A DNA stretch of 64,000 bases from Alphaproteobacteria bacterium (GCA_963555825.3 CAUVXB020000002.1:3552001-3616000), one strand, 5' to 3'; positions 41,137 to 51,762 are shown, counted from the stretch's first letter. The notes: generated by a model not told the origin, from the letters alone. A program made the numbers and translations.

Positions 41137-44100
41137 CTAGATTCGCATGCTCCAATACCGGCCCTTGCTCTGCTGCTGCCTTTCGGCCTTGCGCTCGGCG
41201 CGCTGTTGCCGCAACTCCCGGAGCTTCTCCGGATCGTCGAGGAGGCGGGAGACGCGCTCGTCACGCATCTGGAGGCTCTCACCCGCGCGTTGTCCTGCCA
41301 GGGTTGCCGCGAGGTGCCGGTCGTCATCTTCAAGCACGTCGCGCACCCGCGTGAGCGCTGAGCCGAGGCTCTCTTCCCGGAGCGCGATGTAATCCAGGTG
41401 GATGCCGTAATTCACCGGGTCGTCCATGAGTCCTTCACAACGGCCCACCGCAAAGTCGGTCACGTTCCGCCATGTGTCGTAGTCCTCATGGTTGGGAACC
41501 GCCACGCCCCGCTTGGCCGCCTTGGCCTCCAGAGCCTGGCGGCGGTCCATCTGGCCCGCCATGTGTTCGCGGCAACTGTCGAAGTAGTTGCGGTTTGACA
41601 CTACCTTGCCGATCTGAGCGAGCACCGTGCTTATCTCCGATTCAACACCGCGATCCAGGAGCATGTTCTTGGAGACGCTGTCCAGCTCCTTGTGCAGACG
41701 ATCGTAGCCGTCCGTGTAGATGACGTGGACGCCATCTTCTGCCGCGCGCTCCACCTGGCGGTTCCAGTCCCGCTTCAGTACCTGCGAGCGTTGCAGGACC
41801 TCCCGTGCGAAGGCCGCGGTCCGTAGCCGATCGTGGTAGCCCTGTCCGCCGACGAGGTGGCCCACGGCGCGGCCGAAGCGGGAGAACGCAGTTCGCACAG
41901 GCTCGGCGCCGATAGTCCCGACCTGCCCCGGAACTGGCGCATCGTCAACCGACGCAAACCGGGGACCGACCCAGTGGCGGTTTTGCTGGCGCCGCAGCTC
42001 GCGCGCCTGCCGTTCGGCCAACTCCTTGTCATCATCCCGGATCACCTCGCGAAGCGCCGATAGCGCCCTTGTCATGTGAGTCCTGGCTTCCACGAGCCGG
42101 TCAAGATGGGCGCCATAGGTTTCCTTGCGGGAGAGGATGGCCTCGCCTGCCGCCGTCAGGCGCTCGGCCTCCTGCCGCCAGTCCGGGTAGGCCGAAACCC
42201 CGGTCAGCTCGTTTTCCCGATCCGCCGCAACGTCTCGGAGAGAAGCGCGCGCATCCATCTGCCGTTGCGCTTCGCCTGGATACTCAAGGATCTGTTTGCG
42301 GGTCGAGAGATAGTGCTGGTGGTTCTCAAGCACCTGGATCAAGGGCGCCTGTGATTTGGCCGGGATATCCGGGTTCTCCATCAATTCCCGGATGCGCGCG
42401 ACGATGTCCATGTAGCCCTTGGCGTAGAATAATGGGATACCGGCTTGCCGGGCGTTTTCGATGAGGCTGTTCCAGTCCTGCCGCAAGGCTTCGTAGTCTG
42501 GCACCCAGGCCCGCTTCGCGGGCTCCGGTTGTTCGGCTTTCTCCCGTGTATCCGCAGGTTCGCCGTGCGGTTCCGGTGTCTTGACTGCGGAGGCATATTC
42601 GCCATCCTCCCGGATGACGCGGCGCAGCCGTGACAGTTCCCCTTCCATGCGCACCCTACCGGTTCCCATATTGTCGAGATGGACGCCATACCTCTCGCCG
42701 TCCGCGAGGATGGCCTCGGCCGCTTCTGTCAGACGGTCCGCTTCCTGCCTCCAGCCCAGGTGATCCGATACCTCAACGATCCGAACGCCGAGGCCATCGG
42801 CGACGCGCTGGAGGGAAGCATGCGTGTCCATGTGCCGTTCGGCGGCGTCAAGATAGTCCTCGACGTATTGGCGCGCTGAGAGATCCCGTTGGTGATTTTC
42901 AAGTGCCTCGATCATCGGCGCCCGTGTCCCGGCCGGGATATCCGGGTTCTCCGTCAGTTCCCGGATGCGCGGGATGATGTCCACGTATCCCTTGGCGTAG
43001 AATAACGGCTCTCCGGCTTGCCGGACGCGTTCGATCAGTTCGCTCCAGTCCCGCCACAATGCTTCGTAAGCCGCATGCCAGTCCGGCTTGGGGGGATCCT
43101 CCTGGTCCAGCCTGAGCGGCGGCACATCCTCCTGCGCGGCCGCGGCATGTGCCCAGGGGTAATCTTCGGCTTCGACCGGCGGGACGGTGTCGAAGTACTG
43201 GGTCGACGCCGCGTCACGATCCGAAGACTGCATCCCGGCCGTGTCCCGCGTCATCGTATCGGCGCGCCTGGGCGCATCGGCGCGGCCGCCCTTCAGCGCC
43301 AGCTCTCCTTGCCGCAATTCGGGTTTCGGTTGTTGTGCCTCCTGTTCCGCTTCCTTCTTTATCCGATGCACGTGCCGCATCGTGGCCGCTCGCTGGTGGC
43401 GTCGTGCGCGAGCGTGGAGTTCCTCGAAGGCGTCGAGGTCCTTGCGGGCAATGCCGCCGCGCTCGGCCAGCAGGGACGCAAAGTCGTCCGGCCGGGCGCG
43501 AAAGGCCGCTGCCTGTTTCTGCAACGCGGCATGGCGGGTGAGCGTCTCGCGGTAGGCTCCGCTGAGCGCCACGGCATCGCCTTCAATGCGGGTCCGTTCG
43601 CGGAGATCGTCATATGCCGCGAGAACCTCTCTTCGGCCATCGACGAAAGTGCTCACCGTCTGGGCGTGACGCCAGCCGAAGGCAGTGCGCCGAACATCCC
43701 GCGCGATGCGAGCCAACGCGTTGTCGTTCGCAGCTGCGCGGATATCACCCGCCTCGCCCTGGGCTTCGCCAGGGGAGCGGCTTCTGTCCCCCCGGACATC
43801 CTCCCGGCGGTCTTCCCATATGGCGTCGGCCATATAGTCGAGCGCCGCTTCCTTGGGCTGCGAGCGCGACCAGCGTTCGGCCAGATACGCCCGGATCTCG
43901 GTGTCCGTCACCGCAACTTCCCGGTCGTTGTCGGCTCGCCTGTCAGCGATATCAAGGGTGAGCGGCGTCCGGTTGACGTAGATGTCGAGCCTCTCGCGAT
44001 GGCGCGTTGCGGCGGGATAAATCGTCTCGCGCGAGGGCCTCGCGTCGGCCAGCAGGAACGTCCGGTCCACGGTCAGCCCCTGGGCGGAGGTAATAGTGAG

Positions 44101-46614
44101 GGCATAGCCGTGATCGAGACGGATATTGCCGTACCAGTCGCGAATTTCGTCGTGATGGAACGAGACGGACCGCCCATCCTCGGTGCGCGCCGATATCAGA
44201 ACACTCGGCTCCGTTCCGGCCGCGCCCCTTTCAACCTTGAAGTCCTCCACCGTGACCACGGTGCCGTTGAACAGCTGCTTCTCCCAGTGCGTGGCGCCGA
44301 TGCGCAGCCGGTCGCCGCGCGCGATCTCCAGCGGCGAGGCCGTCCGTTCGTCTTCCGTGCCCCTGCTGACGATCACCGTCACCCGGTCCGCATGGGCCCG
44401 GTCCATATCGGCCCGTTCCCCATCCGGCAACGAAGCGAACCGGCGCTCACGCATCAGATGCGACAGTGCCCTCACTTCTGCCCGTGTGCGCGCCAGCACC
44501 ACGCTTGATTTGCCTGGGTTCGCCCGTTGGTAGCGGTCCCAGTCATCGACCAGGCCGGTCAAAGTCTTTTCTTCGTCGTACCCGATATGGAACCGACCAC
44601 GCAGGTGATGGGCTGCAATGGCTGAAGCCGCATCGCCGTCGCGCAGCGCCTCGGAAGCAGCGACCTGCCACGGCGTAAAAATAAGTTTTCCTTTCATGTT
44701 CTCGCAGTACGTAAGAATTCTGGTGCGCCTCTCCTCTGCCATCGAACTCGCCAGGAGCCGTGCCATCTCAGGTGTCTCCCCCTGGATATGGGTCAGGATA
44801 TCCTCCAGGTCCGCGTTCTGGCGCCGTATGCGGTCCACCCGCACGCTGCCAACGGCGTCCCGGATCAACCTGAGCCCCGGTCCCGCTTCCACCGGTTGTT
44901 GCTGTTGTGTGTCGCCCGCGAAGACGATCTTTGCTCCGTGGCGTTCGGAGAGCTGGAGAATATGATGCGCCTGACGGGTCGATAGCATTCCCGCCTCATC
45001 GACGATAATGGTGGTGTTTCCATCGATATCGATCCCGCCCCGCGCGGCAAGACGCAGCAGCTTGTCGACGCAGAACGGACGCGCATCAACGTCATTGCCG
45101 AGCGCCACCGCCGTGCGCCAGGCCACGGCGGTGGCGATGATGTCGCTCCCGTGTTCGCGGTAGAGATCGGCGATGGGCCGCAGCGTCGTGGTTTTGCCCG
45201 AGCCCGCTGCTCCCTCGATAATGGCGACCCGGCCCCCGGATGCGGTAACCGACCGGATCGCCGCGATCTGTTCTTCGCTCAGTGGATAACCCGCCTTCAG
45301 CAACCCCACTACCTTTGCCTCGATGGCCTCGGCGGACAAGGAATGTCCCGTATCGGCGGCCATGCCTGCCGCCATGTCCCTGACTTCCATCTCCATATGC
45401 AGGTTGTGACGGGTTGAATACAGCCTGGTGTGCGCCATGTCGGCCCGGCCCTCAGCCGAACGCGGCGGGCGGGTCAGGCGCAAGACCTCGGGGCTTAGAA
45501 GCACACGTTCGATGCTTGTTGCTACCGCCTCATGGTTCAACAACCCGGCGGTGGCATTGCCCACCCGCTCGACGATGTCGGGCAGGCGGAAGACTGCTTC
45601 CTCGCGCGTAAGGCGGTACGGCAGGTCTTCCAGGACTTCTGTCAGCGCCCGAATCTGCTCTTGGGTAATCTCTTCCGACTTGCCCAGTATCGAGGCAATC
45701 AGCACTTCGCGCTCGACATACCCCTCCGCTTCGCCTCGCCAGCGCCGGTGGCGAATCTCCGGATCATTGTCGGGAGACTTTCCGGCCCGCGTGATCTTGT
45801 TCGCTGCTGCTGCCCGTGGTGCGTTGCCCTCGACCGTAAAGCCCATCTCCCGGGCCGCTTCGATAATCGCCGCCCGGCGCTTGGACCAGTGTCCGATCAG
45901 GTCCTCGGGCATGCCTGCGACCCGCGTGAACTCTCCATCCTTGCCATACTGTTCCATGCGGATGCCGAGGCGTTCTTGCAGGCTCCAGGCGAGCGTATTG
46001 CGGTAGACCGCTCCCGCCGCCTTCATCCAGGCGTAGACCGGGTGTTGATGCAACGCCCGGTACTTGCCATCCCGGAGTGTCCGGGCAGCATTGAAGATCA
46101 CGCAGTGGGTATGAAGCTGCGGGTCGTTGTCGCGGCTGGTCCCATGCTGGAACATTGCCGCCGTGATATCGGCTGGCAGCACTTCGATATCGCCATCCCG
46201 GTTACGGATACGGGTATAGGCGCAATGGCGCATCACCGTTTCTTCCAGTGCTACCCGTACCGCATCGTTATGCGTCCGCTCGATCTCCGATCGCAGCTCG
46301 GGATCGGCTAAGGCCCATAAGGCCGAGACGCTCTTGTCGGCGCTGAAGGTCATGTCGAGACCCGCCGAGCGTCGCTCGCTTCCCGCGTTCTGTGTGAGCT
46401 TGCCTCCGGTGTTCGGTGCGAAGCCGTTATAAAGCCGGTGGAAGTCGACGCTGTCGACCTTGCTGCCGTCGGCAAGTCCGAACAAGCCTTTCGGGTTGAA
46501 CCATACGCCGTCGGGTTCCTCACCCGCCGTGTAGTACTCGTTGGGATGTCGAAAAGAGCGCTGGCTCTCAAGGTAATACGCGGCCGAGGCCGCCTGGGCC
46601 AGCGTCGCTACCAT
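41137..46614 (-). CDS. MobF (TrwC-type) relaxase-helicase with a long repeated C-terminus
   Basis: AAYY..NEYY, DMTFSADKSVS, HGTSR..DPQLHTH; GAAGSGKTT, VDEAGM, GDTQQ, HGYALTITSAQGLT. Confidence 0.92.
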   Translation of the reverse strand: MVATLAQAASAAYYLESQRSFRHPNEYYTAGEEPDGVWFNPKGLFGLADGSKVDSVDFHRLYNGFAPNTGGKLTQNAGSERRSAGLDMTFSADKSVSALWALADPELRSEIERTHNDAVRVALEETVMRHCAYTRIRNRDGDIEVLPADITAAMFQHGTSRDNDPQLHTHCVIFNAARTLRDGKYRALHQHPVYAWMKAAGAVYRNTLAWSLQERLGIRMEQYGKDGEFTRVAGMPEDLIGHWSKRRAAIIEAAREMGFTVEGNAPRAAAANKITRAGKSPDNDPEIRHRRWRGEAEGYVEREVLIASILGKSEEITQEQIRALTEVLEDLPYRLTREEAVFRLPDIVERVGNATAGLLNHEAVATSIERVLLSPEVLRLTRPPRSAEGRADMAHTRLYSTRHNLHMEMEVRDMAAGMAADTGHSLSAEAIEAKVVGLLKAGYPLSEEQIAAIRSVTASGGRVAIIEGAAGSGKTTTLRPIADLYREHGSDIIATAVAWRTAVALGNDVDARPFCVDKLLRLAARGGIDIDGNTTIIVDEAGMLSTRQAHHILQLSERHGAKIVFAGDTQQQQPVEAGPGLRLIRDAVGSVRVDRIRRQNADLEDILTHIQGETPEMARLLASSMAEERRTRILTYCENMKGKLIFTPWQVAASEALRDGDAASAIAAHHLRGRFHIGYDEEKTLTGLVDDWDRYQRANPGKSSVVLARTRAEVRALSHLMRERRFASLPDGERADMDRAHADRVTVIVSRGTEDERTASPLEIARGDRLRIGATHWEKQLFNGTVVTVEDFKVERGAAGTEPSVLISARTEDGRSVSFHHDEIRDWYGNIRLDHGYALTITSAQGLTVDRTFLLADARPSRETIYPAATRHRERLDIYVNRTPLTLDIADRRADNDREVAVTDTEIRAYLAERWSRSQPKEAALDYMADAIWEDRREDVRGDRSRSPGEAQGEAGDIRAAANDNALARIARDVRRTAFGWRHAQTVSTFVDGRREVLAAYDDLRERTRIEGDAVALSGAYRETLTRHAALQKQAAAFRARPDDFASLLAERGGIARKDLDAFEELHARARRHQRAATMRHVHRIKKEAEQEAQQPKPELRQGELALKGGRADAPRRADTMTRDTAGMQSSDRDAASTQYFDTVPPVEAEDYPWAHAAAAQEDVPPLRLDQEDPPKPDWHAAYEALWRDWSELIERVRQAGEPLFYAKGYVDIIPRIRELTENPDIPAGTRAPMIEALENHQRDLSARQYVEDYLDAAERHMDTHASLQRVADGLGVRIVEVSDHLGWRQEADRLTEAAEAILADGERYGVHLDNMGTGRVRMEGELSRLRRVIREDGEYASAVKTPEPHGEPADTREKAEQPEPAKRAWVPDYEALRQDWNSLIENARQAGIPLFYAKGYMDIVARIRELMENPDIPAKSQAPLIQVLENHQHYLSTRKQILEYPGEAQRQMDARASLRDVAADRENELTGVSAYPDWRQEAERLTAAGEAILSRKETYGAHLDRLVEARTHMTRALSALREVIRDDDKELAERQARELRRQQNRHWVGPRFASVDDAPVPGQVGTIGAEPVRTAFSRFGRAVGHLVGGQGYHDRLRTAAFAREVLQRSQVLKRDWNRQVERAAEDGVHVIYTDGYDRLHKELDSVSKNMLLDRGVESEISTVLAQIGKVVSNRNYFDSCREHMAGQMDRRQALEAKAAKRGVAVPNHEDYDTWRNVTDFAVGRCEGLMDDPVNYGIHLDYIALREESLGSALTRVRDVLEDDDRHLAATLAGQRAGESLQMRDERVSRLLDDPEKLRELRQQRAERKAERQQQSKGRYWSMRI

Positions 46615-47102
46615 GACGCGGCCTCCGCTACGTCATGGTCAACGGCGGCGATACCAATATTTGCGCACACACGGGATATGAATATTGGCGTGTACACAAT
46701 TCCAACCTCGAAGGTTCATTAACGCTTCAGCGGGTTACCGTAAACGGCTTTGCGAATCCTGATATCTCAGACATTTCACTCCACACCTAGCTATAAGCAG
46801 TGCACTAGGGTGCAGAGGTGTGAGAAGTAACAAACGCCATTTCGCTCTCGTTCGCGACCGAGCATACGCATATCGTTCAAGGTTGCAAGGGATTTTTTGA
46901 CACGCCGCAGGGACGGCGCGCAGGTTTGGCATCCGCAGGATTTTCGCGCTGTTGCATTCGGGGGAGGTTAGGCAAGCGCACGGACCATCATGGCCGGTGT
47001 TTCGGATTGCCAAGGCTCTTATTCCTCAGAACGGTGATCGGATAGCCGACGAATGCATCTGGGCTTGATTACGAATCCTGAAATGGCGGAGGGAGACGGA
47101 AT

Positions 47103-47405
47103 ATGACTGCGAAACGCTTCAACAAAGCGGATATCGACTTCAATGCCATAGATGGTGAATTGGCGAAACTTGTGCCGCCTAAGCTGAGCCTGACGGATGT
47201 GCTGGACCGTTTGCGGAAGCGATTGGTCGAGCAACAGGCCAAGGGGGTTACGGTGGCTCAGATGCATGAAGTGTTGAAATCGGGCGGCATCGATATCACG
47301 GAGCGCAGTCTGCGGACCTTTCTGGACAAGGGCGTATTGCCGGGAAGGAAGGTTGCCGAGGCCGCCAGGTCCATGGTGTCGGAAGAAGGCAGTGATCCGT
47401 TCTGA
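47103..47405 (+). CDS. Small protein divergent from the relaxase (putative mobilization accessory/DNA-binding protein)
   Basis: RBS GGAGGGAG; GVTVAQMHEVLKSGGIDITERSLRTFL is HTH-like; position. Confidence 0.6.
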   Translation: MTAKRFNKADIDFNAIDGELAKLVPPKLSLTDVLDRLRKRLVEQQAKGVTVAQMHEVLKSGGIDITERSLRTFLDKGVLPGRKVAEAARSMVSEEGSDPF

Positions 47406-47911
47406 GCCGAACGACGGCGCATATGGGTTCGCGAATCAACGAACCGCGGTCCGAAGAACGGCGGTCCGTCGTGGCGGTTTTCGGGATGCGGATAATGAAG
47501 TGGCAATGGGGGATGGGCCGGGCGATGGCGTGGCGCGTCAGCGCCCGCGTACGGCGATGGCGCGAAGCGCCGTGCCGTGAGGCGGCGATGCATCGTTCGA
47601 AGAACGAGGAGCCGACAGCGAGCGTAAGCTCGCACAATTGGCGGTGGCGCGAAGCGCCCCGCCATGGGCCGTGACTTTATGCACCCGGCATAAAAAAGGG
47701 GCCGACCTCCGCTGTGTGATGGCGGGGGCCGACCCTGAAGGGTGCCGTTATGCGGCGGCGAGAATAATGCCGAGTAGTTGCTAATGCCGAGTGACGTGCG
47801 GGGAACGGCTTGTCCGCGCCGATTTCCCACCGATTCGCTCGGCATTAATTCTGGTAGTCAGTTTTCCGGCAAAGTCGTCCTCCCTTTCGATCAGATGGAG
47901 GACGACAACAA

Positions 47912-49483
47912 ATGTCTTCGACACCCAACCGCCGGCCCCTGCTGGGGACCACAGCACTGGCCGGCTTCGACGCAAGCATTTTCGCGTTCATTGACGATCT
48001 TCGTCGTCGCGGCGAGATTGCTGAAGGTCAGTTCCCCAAGTACCGGTATGCCGCCCGTCACTTCCTGATCTGGCTTGAGCTCACCGGTATCGCGCTCAAA
48101 ACAGTCGACGCCACAGTCATCGACCGCTTTCTGCGGCACGATTGCCGTTGTGCCGCATCGTCCGCACCTGTCCGGCCTCGCCGCTGGCGCAAGGGCCGCA
48201 CGTCGCCCAAACTCATGACGTTCATCCGCTTCCTTGAGCGGACGGGGCGGATCGAGACGCCGGGTGAGCTGGACGACAATTTCCAGTTGCTGGACGCGTT
48301 CCTCGCGGGCTTGCGCCGCGGTAGATATGCGACCGCAACCATCAAACTGTACCGTTACGGCTGCGCCGGTCTCATTGTCTGGCTCCACCTCTCACGGATC
48401 CGCCTGCGCGATCTGACACCGGATATTTATGCACGCTTCCGGAACAGGCAGTTCGTCTGCTCAATCCCCGGGATGTTCTGCGGCCACGAAACGCAGTCAC
48501 CCGGAACCGCTTACCGAACCGAAGTCCGCGGCTTCCTGAAGCATCTCGTCGCAATCGGGCGGATTGAACCCCTGGAGCCGTTCCCGGGCGAGAAGGCGCC
48601 GTCCGCTCGCCTTGAGAGGTACGCCGTGTGGCTTGAACGCCATCGCGGCATCTGCCCGGGGACTATACGCCAGCATGTCCGTTTGATCGCAGAGATGCTG
48701 CCTCACCTTGGAGATGATCCCGGGGGTTATGGCGCGGCACTGATCCGGCGAGTGCTGTTCGAGCATATGGAGCCCTGGTCGCGAAGCTACGCCCAGAGGC
48801 TGACAACCGTGATGCGCATGTACCTTCGGTTCCTGGTATCGGAAGGCAGCATCGCGGCAGCGCTGGTCGGGGCCGTGCCGACGGTGCCTCAGTGGCGGTT
48901 GTCAACCTTGCCACGGTACATCCCGGCCGACGATGTCGCGCGCACCATCGCCTCCTGCGGTGATGACCCTATGGGCGTACGCGACCGGGCGATCCTGCTG
49001 CTTCTGGCACGACTTGCACTGCGGGCAGGGGACATCGTTGCCCTGCGCCTCGGCGATATCGACTGGGACAGGGCCGAGATCCGTGTCTCGGGAAAGTCAC
49101 GACGGCAGACGGCTCTGCCGCTGCCCCAGGATGCCGGCGACGCGCTCCATGCCTATATCGCGACGGTGCGGCCAAGGGTGGATGAGGAGAAGGTGTTCCT
49201 CTGCGTCAACGCACCCTGTCGACCGTTCACCGACTCAAGCACCGTCAGTGCTGTGGCGGAACGCGCACTCGACCGCGTCGGGGTCAAGACCTTCGCCGGT
49301 CGCGGTGCGCATGCGTTCCGCCACTCCCAGGCGACAGCGTTGCTCAGGTCGGGAGCAACGCTCGATGTCATCCAATCGCTGCTCCGGCACGCCTCCCCCG
49401 ACACCACCATGATCTACGCCAAGACCGATGCGGTCATGTTGCAGGAGATCGCCCAGCCCTGGATCGGAGGGATCGAGGCATGA
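47912..49483 (+). CDS. Tyrosine recombinase RitA
   Basis: RDRAILLLLARLALR, GK, HAFRHS, RH..TTMIY. Confidence 0.9.
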   Translation: MSSTPNRRPLLGTTALAGFDASIFAFIDDLRRRGEIAEGQFPKYRYAARHFLIWLELTGIALKTVDATVIDRFLRHDCRCAASSAPVRPRRWRKGRTSPKLMTFIRFLERTGRIETPGELDDNFQLLDAFLAGLRRGRYATATIKLYRYGCAGLIVWLHLSRIRLRDLTPDIYARFRNRQFVCSIPGMFCGHETQSPGTAYRTEVRGFLKHLVAIGRIEPLEPFPGEKAPSARLERYAVWLERHRGICPGTIRQHVRLIAEMLPHLGDDPGGYGAALIRRVLFEHMEPWSRSYAQRLTTVMRMYLRFLVSEGSIAAALVGAVPTVPQWRLSTLPRYIPADDVARTIASCGDDPMGVRDRAILLLLARLALRAGDIVALRLGDIDWDRAEIRVSGKSRRQTALPLPQDAGDALHAYIATVRPRVDEEKVFLCVNAPCRPFTDSSTVSAVAERALDRVGVKTFAGRGAHAFRHSQATALLRSGATLDVIQSLLRHASPDTTMIYAKTDAVMLQEIAQPWIGGIEA

Positions 49484-50418
49484 CGGAGAAAGCCACCATC
49501 ACAGAGCATATCGAGCGCTTTGTCGCGATGAAGCAAAGGGTCGGTTACCGGTTCACGCGGAGCGGGACGACACTGCGGAGCTTTGCGCGGTTCGCCGAGG
49601 GCCGTGACGAAACATTCATCCGTTACGAGACAGCCCTCGAATGGGCATCGGCATCGGCGGCGGCGTCACGAAACGAGCGAGTGAGCAAGCTGCGAGCGGT
49701 CCATGCCATGGCCTGCTGGCTGCATGCCGAGGACCCACGTCACGAGGTGCCGCCCCGTGATGCTCTAGGTCATCTGTCCAAAAGGAGACCGCAGCCGTAC
49801 CTGGTATCGGTCCCGGACATCCAGAAACTGCTGACAGCGGCACTGTCCATGCGGCCCGTCGGCACCATCGCCCCGCTGACCTGGCACCACCTGTTCGGTC
49901 TCATCGCCGCAACCGGCCTGCGCATCGGCGAAGCCCTCGCATTGACGCTGGACGACATCACGCCTGACGGCCTCGTCATCCGAGACACGAAGTTCGGCAA
50001 GACGAGGATGGTCGCGCTGCACCCGACCACCTGGGATGCGCTGAACCGCTATCTGGATGCACGACTCAAGGAGAAAACTCCAGACCGGCATCTGTTCGTG
50101 ATCGCCACCGGCCGGTGCCCACATAGACAGTATGCGGATCACGTCTTCCGCAAAATCGCGGAGCAAGCGGGAATCCGGGAACCCGACGCGGCACGAGGAC
50201 CGACCCCGCACTCGCTACGGCATTCTTTCGCCGTCCGGTCACTTGAGAACCTGGCTCCCGGCGTCAACCCGGACCGTCACATATTGGCCCTCGCCACCTA
50301 CCTCGGCCATGTCGGGGTCTCGAGCACCTATTGGTATCTGGAATCGACCCCGGTCCTGCTGCGCGGCATCGCCGAGGCCGCGCAGCAGGCTCACGCGAAT
50401 GGAGGGTCCGATGACTGA
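49480..50418 (+). CDS. Tyrosine recombinase RitB
   Basis: TGLRIGE, TKFGKTR, HSLRHSFA, YLGH..STYWY. Confidence 0.9.
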   Translation: MTEKATITEHIERFVAMKQRVGYRFTRSGTTLRSFARFAEGRDETFIRYETALEWASASAAASRNERVSKLRAVHAMACWLHAEDPRHEVPPRDALGHLSKRRPQPYLVSVPDIQKLLTAALSMRPVGTIAPLTWHHLFGLIAATGLRIGEALALTLDDITPDGLVIRDTKFGKTRMVALHPTTWDALNRYLDARLKEKTPDRHLFVIATGRCPHRQYADHVFRKIAEQAGIREPDAARGPTPHSLRHSFAVRSLENLAPGVNPDRHILALATYLGHVGVSSTYWYLESTPVLLRGIAEAAQQAHANGGSDD

Positions 50419-51403
50419 TCTTGCCCCCCATCTCACCGCCTTCCTGCAGGAGCACCTGCCCAACGAGCGGCGCTTCAGCCGACACACCGTGCAGAGCTAT
50501 ACCGAGTGCTTCCGGCTGCTCGTCCTCTACGCGGCGGAGCAAATCAAAGTCCGCCCCTGTGCTTTGAAAATCGAGCACTTCACGGTGGCGCTCCTGCTGG
50601 CCTTCCTCGAATCCCTGGAGAAGGTTCGCAACAACAGCATCGGCACGCGCAATATCCGCCTCGCCGCCATCAAGTCCTTCTTCCGGTACGTGGAATACCG
50701 TGTCCCGAGCTGCCTCGACCACGCATTGCAGGTGCGCGCCATCCCGCAGAAGCGCGCCGACAAGCCCCTGATCGACTGGCTCGACCGGACCGAGATGCAG
50801 GCGATCCTGGATGCTCCGGATACCGCAACGGTGGCAGGCTTGCGCGACCGCGCGATGCTGCACCTGTGCTACGCCGCCGGGCTGCGGGTGTCGGAACTGA
50901 CCGGACTCACCCTCGACAGCCTGTCGGGTTCCCAGCTTGAGACTATCCGCGTCCTGGGCAAGGGGCGGCGCGAGCGCGAACTGCCGCTGTGGAGGGAAAC
51001 GAAAACCGTCCTCAATGAGTGGCTCGACGTCCGGCCGGCCGTCAACAACCGCTACCTGTTCCTCAACGCACGGGGGCGGGCAATGAGCACGGACGGCTTC
51101 GCATACATCCTCAAGCAGCATGTCGCCACGGCGGCCCAGAAGGTCCCGTCGATCGACACCAAGCGGGTGACCCCGCATGTGCTCCGTCACTCGACGGCAA
51201 TGACGATCCTGCATGCCACCGACGATATACGGAAGGTCTCGTTGTGGCTCGGGCATGCGGACATCAAGATCACCGAAACGTATGTCCGCGCGAGCCCGGC
51301 CGAGAAACTGGCAATCCTTGAGATCAACACACCGCCTTCCATCCGGTCGGGGAACTTCCCGGGTCTGAAGGACAGCCTGATGAGGGTTCTCGGCGGGAAC
51401 TGA
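50411..51403 (+). CDS. Tyrosine recombinase RitC
   Basis: Start MTDLAPHL; GLRVSE, GKG, PHVLRHS, WLGH..TETY. Confidence 0.9.
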   Translation: MTDLAPHLTAFLQEHLPNERRFSRHTVQSYTECFRLLVLYAAEQIKVRPCALKIEHFTVALLLAFLESLEKVRNNSIGTRNIRLAAIKSFFRYVEYRVPSCLDHALQVRAIPQKRADKPLIDWLDRTEMQAILDAPDTATVAGLRDRAMLHLCYAAGLRVSELTGLTLDSLSGSQLETIRVLGKGRRERELPLWRETKTVLNEWLDVRPAVNNRYLFLNARGRAMSTDGFAYILKQHVATAAQKVPSIDTKRVTPHVLRHSTAMTILHATDDIRKVSLWLGHADIKITETYVRASPAEKLAILEINTPPSIRSGNFPGLKDSLMRVLGGN

Positions 51404-51728
51404 CTGCCAGAATTAATGCCGAGCGAATCGGCGGGAAATCGGCGCGGACAAGCCGTTCCCCGCACGTCACTCGGCATTAGCAACTACTCGGCATTATGCT
51501 CGTTATGCAGAGCTCTGCATAACGAGAAGGACGGGGATTCCGATCTTGCGTGCCTTGTCGATCATGTTATTCGTTTCACCTGCAAACGTTGACAGGAGAT
51601 GTCAGGGGTTATCAGAACATGACATTATAGGTACTTTTCAATGTGTTATGGAATAGCATATAGCCTCTTTAACCGTCATGGGATGTCAGGAAGCGCCTGT
51701 AGTTTACTTTCTTGTGTTGGTTTGAGTG

Positions 51729-51756
51729 TTGACAATATACCCGCGCTAGCCATAAT
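51729..51756 (+). promoter_or_regulatory. Putative sigma70 promoter of the integrase
   Basis: TTGACA-16 bp-CATAAT just upstream of GGAGG-ATG at 51763. Confidence 0.4.
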
Positions 51757-51762
51757 CGGAGG

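Larger units (their letters stand above)
47764..51497 (+). mobile_element. RIT element (recombinases in trio)
   Basis: Three overlapping tyrosine recombinase genes bounded by long IRs containing TAATGCCG repeats. Confidence 0.92.

Noticed and set aside
47740-47860. TAATGCCGAG repeats as a CRISPR array or iterons
   Set aside because: Too few and too short, no cas or rep gene, and explained as RIT recombinase-binding sites
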